From contig OZ059900.1 in assembly GCA_964057225.1 (NCBI GenBank), positions 2,790,001 through 2,854,000 of the forward strand: 64,000 nucleotides of DNA, read 5' to 3'. Below the pieces are notes generated by a model. That model saw only the letters and a program-made list of their open reading frames with translations, was not told where the DNA came from and did no database searches. Shown in pieces: positions 57,301 to 64,000 of this stretch. The stretch comes from Auanema rhodensis (Eukaryota > Animalia > Nematoda). The position numbers and the translations under genes are program-made. The number at the start of each line of letters is the position of its first letter. The stretch's first letter is position 1.

Positions 57301-60300
57301 CAAAATCGGTAATACTCGTAAATTTTGATCATATTCGTTAAGATTTGAGAATCAAACATACAATACACAAAATCAGTCTATTTTTATGAGCTTGCACTGA
57401 TATATATTCATTTTGATCAAAAAAGGTCGAAAATAGAAAGAATTTTTGAAATTTCCGAGTTTTGAGTCTAATTTGGCTAAATCGCTCATATATATGATCA
57501 AAAGCATAGTTTTACTGTCTATGATAACAAAAGTCTTCAAATATACACTAATAATGATTAAATCACTGAATTTCACTCAAATAGCATTACTACACTAAGT
57601 ATGGTCGTTTTTATGCCTTTAACACCATATACTCACCGATTTTTGGTACAAAATCTGTAATACTTGTAAATTTTGATCATATTTGTTAAGATTCGAGAAT
57701 CAAACACATAATACACGAAATAAGTCTATTTTTACAAGTTTGCACTGATATTTATTCATTTTGATCAAAAAAGGTCGAAAATAGAAAGAATTTTTGAAAT
57801 TTCCGAGTTTTGAGTCCAATTTGGCTAAATCGCTCATATATAAGATCAAAAGCATAGTTTTATTGTCTATAACAACAAAAGTCATCAATTAAACGCTAGT
57901 GATGTTTAAATACTGAATTTCGCTCAAATAGCATTACTACACTAAGTATGGTCGTTTTTATGCCTTTAACACCATATACTCACCGATTTTTGGTACAAAA
58001 TCTGTAATACTCGTAAATTTTGATCATATTCGTTAAGATTTGAGAATCAAACATACAATACACAAAATCAGTCTATTTTTATGAGCTTGCACTGATATAT
58101 ATTCATTTTGATCAAAAAAGGTCGAAAATAGAAAGAATTTTTGAAATTTCCGAGTTTTGAGTCTAATTTGGCTAAATCGCTCATATATATGATCAGAAGC
58201 ATAGTTTTATTGTCTATGAAACAAAAGTCATCAATTAAACGCTAGTGATTTTTAAATACTGATTTTCGCTCAAATAGCATTACTACACTAAGTATGGTCG
58301 TTTTTATGCCTTTAACACCATATACTCACCGATTTTTGGTACAAAATCTGTAATACTCGTAAATTTTGATCATATTCGTTAAGATTTGAAAATCAAACAC
58401 ATAATAAACAAAATCAGTCTATTTTTATGAGTTTGCACTGATATATATTCATTTTGATCAAAAAAGGTCGAAAATAGAAAGAATTTTTGAAATTTCCGAG
58501 TTTTGAGTCTAATTTGGCTAAATCGCTCATATATATGAACAGAAGCATAGTTTTATTGTCTATGACAACAAAAATCATCAATTAAACGCTAGTGATGTTT
58601 AAATACTGATTTTCGCTCAAATAGGATTACTACACTAAGTATGGTCGTTTTTATGCCTTTAACACCATATACTCACCGATTTTTGGTACAAAATCGGTAA
58701 TACTCGTAAATTTTGATCATATTCGTTAAGATTTGAGAATCAAACATACAATACACAAAATCAGTCTATTTTTATGAGCTTGCACTGATATATATTCATT
58801 TTGATCAAAAAAGGTCGAAAATAGAAAGAATTTTTGAAATTTCCGAGTTTTGAGTCTAATTTGGCTAAATCGCTCATATATATGATCAAAAGCATAGTTT
58901 TACTGTCTATGATAACAAAAGTCTTCAAATATACACTAATAATGATTAAATCACTGAATTTCACTCAAATAGCATTACTACACTAAGTATGGTCGTTTTT
59001 ATGCCTTTAACACCATATACTCACCGATTTTTGGTACAAAATCTGTAATACTTGTAAATTTTGATCATATTTGTTAAGATTCGAGAATCAAACACATAAT
59101 ACACGAAATAAGTCTATTTTTACAAGTTTGCACTGATATTTATTCATTTTGATCAAAAAAGGTCGAAAATAGAAAGAATTTTTGAAATTTCCGAGTTTTG
59201 AGTCCAATTTGGCTAAATCGCTCATATATAAGATCAAAAGCATAGTTTTATTGTCTATAACAACAAAAGTCATCAATTAAACGCTAGTGATGTTTAAATA
59301 CTGAATTTCGCTCAAATAGCATTACTACACTAAGTATGGTCGTTTTTATGCCTTTAACACCATATACTCACCGATTTTTGGTACAAAATCTGTAATACTC
59401 GTAAATTTTGATCATATTCGTTAAGATTTGAGAATCAAACATACAATACACAAAATCAGTCTATTTTTATGAGCTTGCACTGATATATATTCATTTTGAT
59501 CAAAAAAGGTCGAAAATAGAAAGAATTTTTGAAATTTCCGAGTTTTGAGTCTAATTTGGCTAAATCGCTCATATATATGATCAGAAGCATAGTTTTATTG
59601 TCTATGAAACAAAAGTCATCAATTAAACGCTAGTGATTTTTAAATACTGATTTTCGCTCAAATAGCATTACTACACTAAGTATGGTCGTTTTTATGCCTT
59701 TAACACCATATACTCACCGATTTTTGGTACAAAATCTGTAATACTCGTAAATTTTGATCATATTCGTTAAGATTTGAAAATCAAACACACAATAAACAAA
59801 ATCAGTCTATTTTTATGAGTTTGCACTGATATATATTCATTTTGATCAAAAAAGGTCGAAAATAGAAAGAATTTTTGAATTTTCCGAGTTTTGAGTCCAA
59901 TTGGGCTAAATCGCTCATATATATGATCAAAAGCATAGTTTTACTGTCTATGATAACAAAAGTCTTCAAATATACACTAATAATGATTTAATCACTGAAT
60001 TTCACTCAAATAGCATTACTACACTAAGTATGGTCGTTTTTATGCCTTTAACACCATATACTCACCGATTTTTGGTACAAAATCTGTGATACTCGTAAAT
60101 TTTGATCATATTCGGTGAGATTCGAGGATCGAACACACAATACACGAAATGAGTTTATTTTTACGAGTTTGCACTGATATTTATTCATTTTTATCAAAAA
60201 AGGTCGAAAATAGAAAGAATTTTTGAAATTTCCGAGTTTTGAGTCTAATTTGGCTAAATCGCTCATATATATGATCAAAAGCATAGTTTTACTGTCTATG

Positions 60301-61093
60301 ATAACAAAAGTCTTCAAATATACACTAATAATGTGTAAATCACTGAATTTCACTCAAATAGCTTTACTACACTAAGTATGGTCGTTTTTATGCCTTTAAC
60401 ACCATATACTCACCGATTTTTGGTACAAAATCTGTAATACTTGTAAATTTTGATCATATTCGTTAAGATTCGAGAATCAAACACATAATACACGAAATAA
60501 GTCTATTTTTATGAGTTTGCACTGATATTTATTCTTTTTGATCAAAAAAGGTCGAAAATAGAAAGAATTTTTGAATTTTCCGAGTTTTGAGTCCAATTGG
60601 GCTAAATCGCTCATATATATGATCAAAAGCATAGTTTTACTGTCTATGATAACAAAAGTCTTCAAATATACACTAATAATGATTTAATCACTGAATTTCA
60701 CTCAAATAGCATTACTACACTAAGTATGGTCGTTTTTATGCCTTTAACACCATATACTCACCGATTTTTGGTACAAAATCTGTGATACTCGTAAATTTTG
60801 ATCATGTTCGGTGAGATTCGAGAATCAAACACACAATACACGAAATAAGTTTATTTTTACGAGTTTGCACTGATATTTATTCATTTTTATCAAAAAAGGT
60901 CGAAAATAGAAAGAATTTTTGAAATTTCCGAGTTTTGAGTCTAATTTGGCTAAATCGCTCATATATATGATCAAAAGCATAGTTTCACTGTCTATGATAA
61001 CAAAAGTCTTCAAATATACACTAATAATGTGTAAATCACTGAATTTCACTCAAATAGCATTACTACACTAAGTATGGTCGTTTTTATGCCTTT
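51366..61093 (+). repeat. 13-mer HOR (4518 bp) whose second copy contains a nested 4-mer (1388 bp) duplication
   Basis: ORF pairs 51445/55963, 51793/56311, 52855/57373 and 53182/57700 are spaced 4518. Pairs 54142/60048, 54571/60477 and 54919/60825 are spaced 5906 (4518+1388). aaaatcGgtaat near 57302 and 58690. Confidence 0.9.
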
Positions 61094-64000
61094 AACACCA
61101 TATACTCACCGATTTTTGGTACAAAATCTGTGATACTCGTAAATTTTGATCATATTCGGTGAGATTCGAGAATCAAACACACAATACACGAAATAAGTTT
61201 ATTTTTACGAGTTTGCACTGATATTTATTCATTTTGATCAAAAAAGGTCGAGAATAGAAAGAATTTTTGAAATTTCCGAGTTTTGAGTCTAATTTGGCTA
61301 AATCGCTCATATATATGATCAAAAGCATAGTTTTATCGTCTATGACAACAAAAGTCATCAATTAAACGCTAGTGATGTTTAAATACTGAATTTCGCTCAA
61401 ATAGCATTACTACACTAAGTATGGTCGTTTTTATGCCTTTAACACCATATACTCACCGATTTTTGGTACAAAATCTGTAATACTCGTAAATTTTGATCAT
61501 ATTCGTTAAGATTTGAGAATCAAACATACAATACACAAAATCAGTCTATTTTTATGAGCTTGCACTGATATATATTCATTTTGATCAAAAAAGGTCGAAA
61601 ATAGAAAGAATTTTTGAAATTTACGAGTTTTGAGTCTAATTTGGCTAAATCGCTCATATATATGATCAAAAGCATAGTTTTACTGTCTATGATAACAAAA
61701 GTCTTTAAATATACACTAATAATGATTAAATCACTGAATTTCACTCAAATAGCATTACTACACTAAGTATGGTCGTTTTTATGCCTTTAACACCATATAC
61801 TCACCGATTTTTGGTACAAAATCTGTGATACTCGTAAATTTTGATCATATTCGGTGAGATTCGAGAATCAAACACACAATACACGAAATAAGTTTATTTT
61901 TACGAGTTTGCACTGATATTTATTCATTTTGATCAAAAAAGGTCGAAAATAGAAAGAATTTTTGAAATTTCCGAGTTTTGAGTCTAATTTGGCTAAATCG
62001 CTCATATACATGATCAGAAGCATAGTTTTATTGTCTATGACAACAAAAGTCATCAATTAAACGCTAGTGATGTTTAAATACTGATTTTCGCTCAAATAGC
62101 ATTACTACACTAAGTATGGTCGTTTTTATGCCTTTAACACCATATACTCACCGATTTTTGGTACAAAATCTGTAATACTCGTAAATTTTGATCATATTCG
62201 TTAAGATTTGAGAATCAAACATACAATACACAAAATCAGTCTATTTTTATGAGCTTGCACTGATATATATTCATTTTGATCAAAAAAGGTCGAAAATAGA
62301 AAGAATTTTTGAAATTTCCGAGTTTTGAGTCTAATTTGGCTAAATCGCTCATATATATGATCAGAAGCATAGGTGTATTGTCTATGACAACAAAAGTCAT
62401 TAATTAAACACTAATGATGTTTAAATCACTAAATTTCGCTCTAATAGCATTACTACACTAAGTATGGTCGTTTTTATGCCTTTAACACCATATACTCACC
62501 GATTTTTGGTACAAAATCTGTAATACTCGTAAATTTTGATCATATTCGTTAAGATTTGAGAATCAAACACACAATACACAAAATCAGTCTATTTTTAAGA
62601 GCTTGCACTGATATATATTCATTTTGATCAAAAAAGGTCGAAAATAGAAAGAATTTTTGAAATTTCCGAGTTTTGAGTCTAATTTGGCTAAATCGCTCAT
62701 ATATATGATCAGAAGCATAGGTGTATTGTCTATGACAACAAAAGTCATCAATTAAACGCTAGTGATGTTTAAATACTGAATTTCGCTCAAATAGCATTAC
62801 TACACTAAGTATGGTCGTTTTTATGCCTTTAACACCATATACTCACCGATTTTTGGTACAAAATCTGTAATACTTGTAAATTTTGATCATATTCGTTAAG
62901 ATTCGAGAATCAAACACATAATACACGAAATAAGTCTATTTTTATGAGTTTGCACTGATATTTATTCATTTTGATCAAAAAAGGTCGAAAATAGAAAGAA
63001 TTTTTGAAATTTACGAGTTTTGAGTCTAATTTGGCTAAATCGCTCATATATATGATCAGAAGCATAGTTTTTTTGTCTATGACAACAAAAATCATTAGTT
63101 AAACACTAATGATGTTTAAATCACTAAATTTCGCTCAAATAGCATTACTACACTGAGTATGGTCGTTTTTATGCCTTTAACACCATATACTCACCGATTT
63201 TTGGTACAAAATCTGTAATACTTGTAAATTTTGATCATATTCGTTAAGATTCGAGAATCAAACACATAATACACGAAATAAGTCTATTTTTATGAGTTTG
63301 CACTGATATTTATTCATTTTGATCAAAAAAGGTCGAAAATAGAAAGAATTTTTGAATTTTCCGAGTTTTGAGTCCAATTGGGCTAAATCGCTCATATATA
63401 TGATCAAAAGCATAGTTTTACTGTCTATGATAACAAAAGTCTTCAAATATACACTAATAATGATTTAATCACTGAATTTCACTCAAATAGCATTACTACA
63501 CTAAGTATGGTCGTTTTTATGCCTTTAACACCATATACTCACCGATTTTTGGTACAAAATCTGTGATACTCGTAAATTTTGATCATATTCGGTGAGATTC
63601 GAGAATCAAACACACAATACACGAAATAAGTTTATTTTTACGAGTTTGCACTGATATTTATTCATTTTGATCAAAAAAGGTCGAAAATAGAAAGAATTTT
63701 TGAAATTTCCGAGTTTTGAGTCTAATTTGGCTAAATCGCTCATATATATGATCAAAAGCATAGTTTTATTGTCTATGACAACAAAAGTCATCAATTAAAC
63801 GCTAGTGATGTTTAAATACTGAATTTCGCTCAAATAGCATTACTACACTAAGTATGGTCGTTTTTATGCCTTTAACACCATATACTCACCGATTTTTGGT
63901 ACAAAATCTGTAATACTCGTAAATTTTGATCATATTCGTTAAGATTTGAGAATCAAACATACAATACACAAAATCAGTCTATTTTTATGAGCTTGCACTG

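Larger units (their letters stand above)
20944..64000 (+). repeat. Tandem satellite array, 347/348-bp monomer, main orientation (right block, ~124 monomers; continues beyond window end)
   Basis: Main orientation resumes at aaaaaaggtcgaaaatag (20944) and keeps a 346-348 bp period to the window end. Confidence 0.99.

Noticed and set aside
678-63794. More than 100 near-identical 61-101 aa ORFs (MKFSDL.../MMTFVV...) as a tandem multigene family
   Set aside because: They are one chance frame of the satellite monomer. Many start at GTG/TTG, lengths vary with single-base stops, many monomers lack the frame, variants are freely non-synonymous, and I recognise no domain.
1-64000. CRISPR-like or cassette array (conserved segment alternating with variable segment)
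   Set aside because: The variable parts are homologous alleles differing by point changes, not unique spacers. No cas or integrase gene is present.

Overview
The whole 64 kb window is one AT-rich tandem satellite array (~30% GC in the one monomer I counted), about 184 copies of a 347/348-bp monomer that runs off both ends. It looks like eukaryotic heterochromatic, possibly centromeric, satellite. I do not recognise the family or the taxon. I found no genes, RNA genes, transposons or CRISPR arrays; the many 61-101 aa ORFs are the same chance reading frame repeated in each monomer. The structure inside the array is informative. (1) One inverted segment (18862-20944) is six monomers long less 3 bp, has both ends in the same internal dyad, and has breakpoints that do not fit a simple in-place inversion. 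It looks like a circularly permuted higher-order-repeat (HOR) unit inserted backwards. (2) There is a series of local, low-copy HORs (16/14-, 3-, 7-, 4-, 9- and 13-mers), some lengthened by nested sub-duplications. (3) Monomer variants are layered concentrically around a 9-mer HOR core. (4) The monomer appears to be an old diverged dimer (~169 + ~178 bp), carries several dyads, is a mosaic of reshuffled haplotype blocks, and varies often at CpG sites. All comparisons were made by eye and from ORF-track spacings, not by computed alignment.
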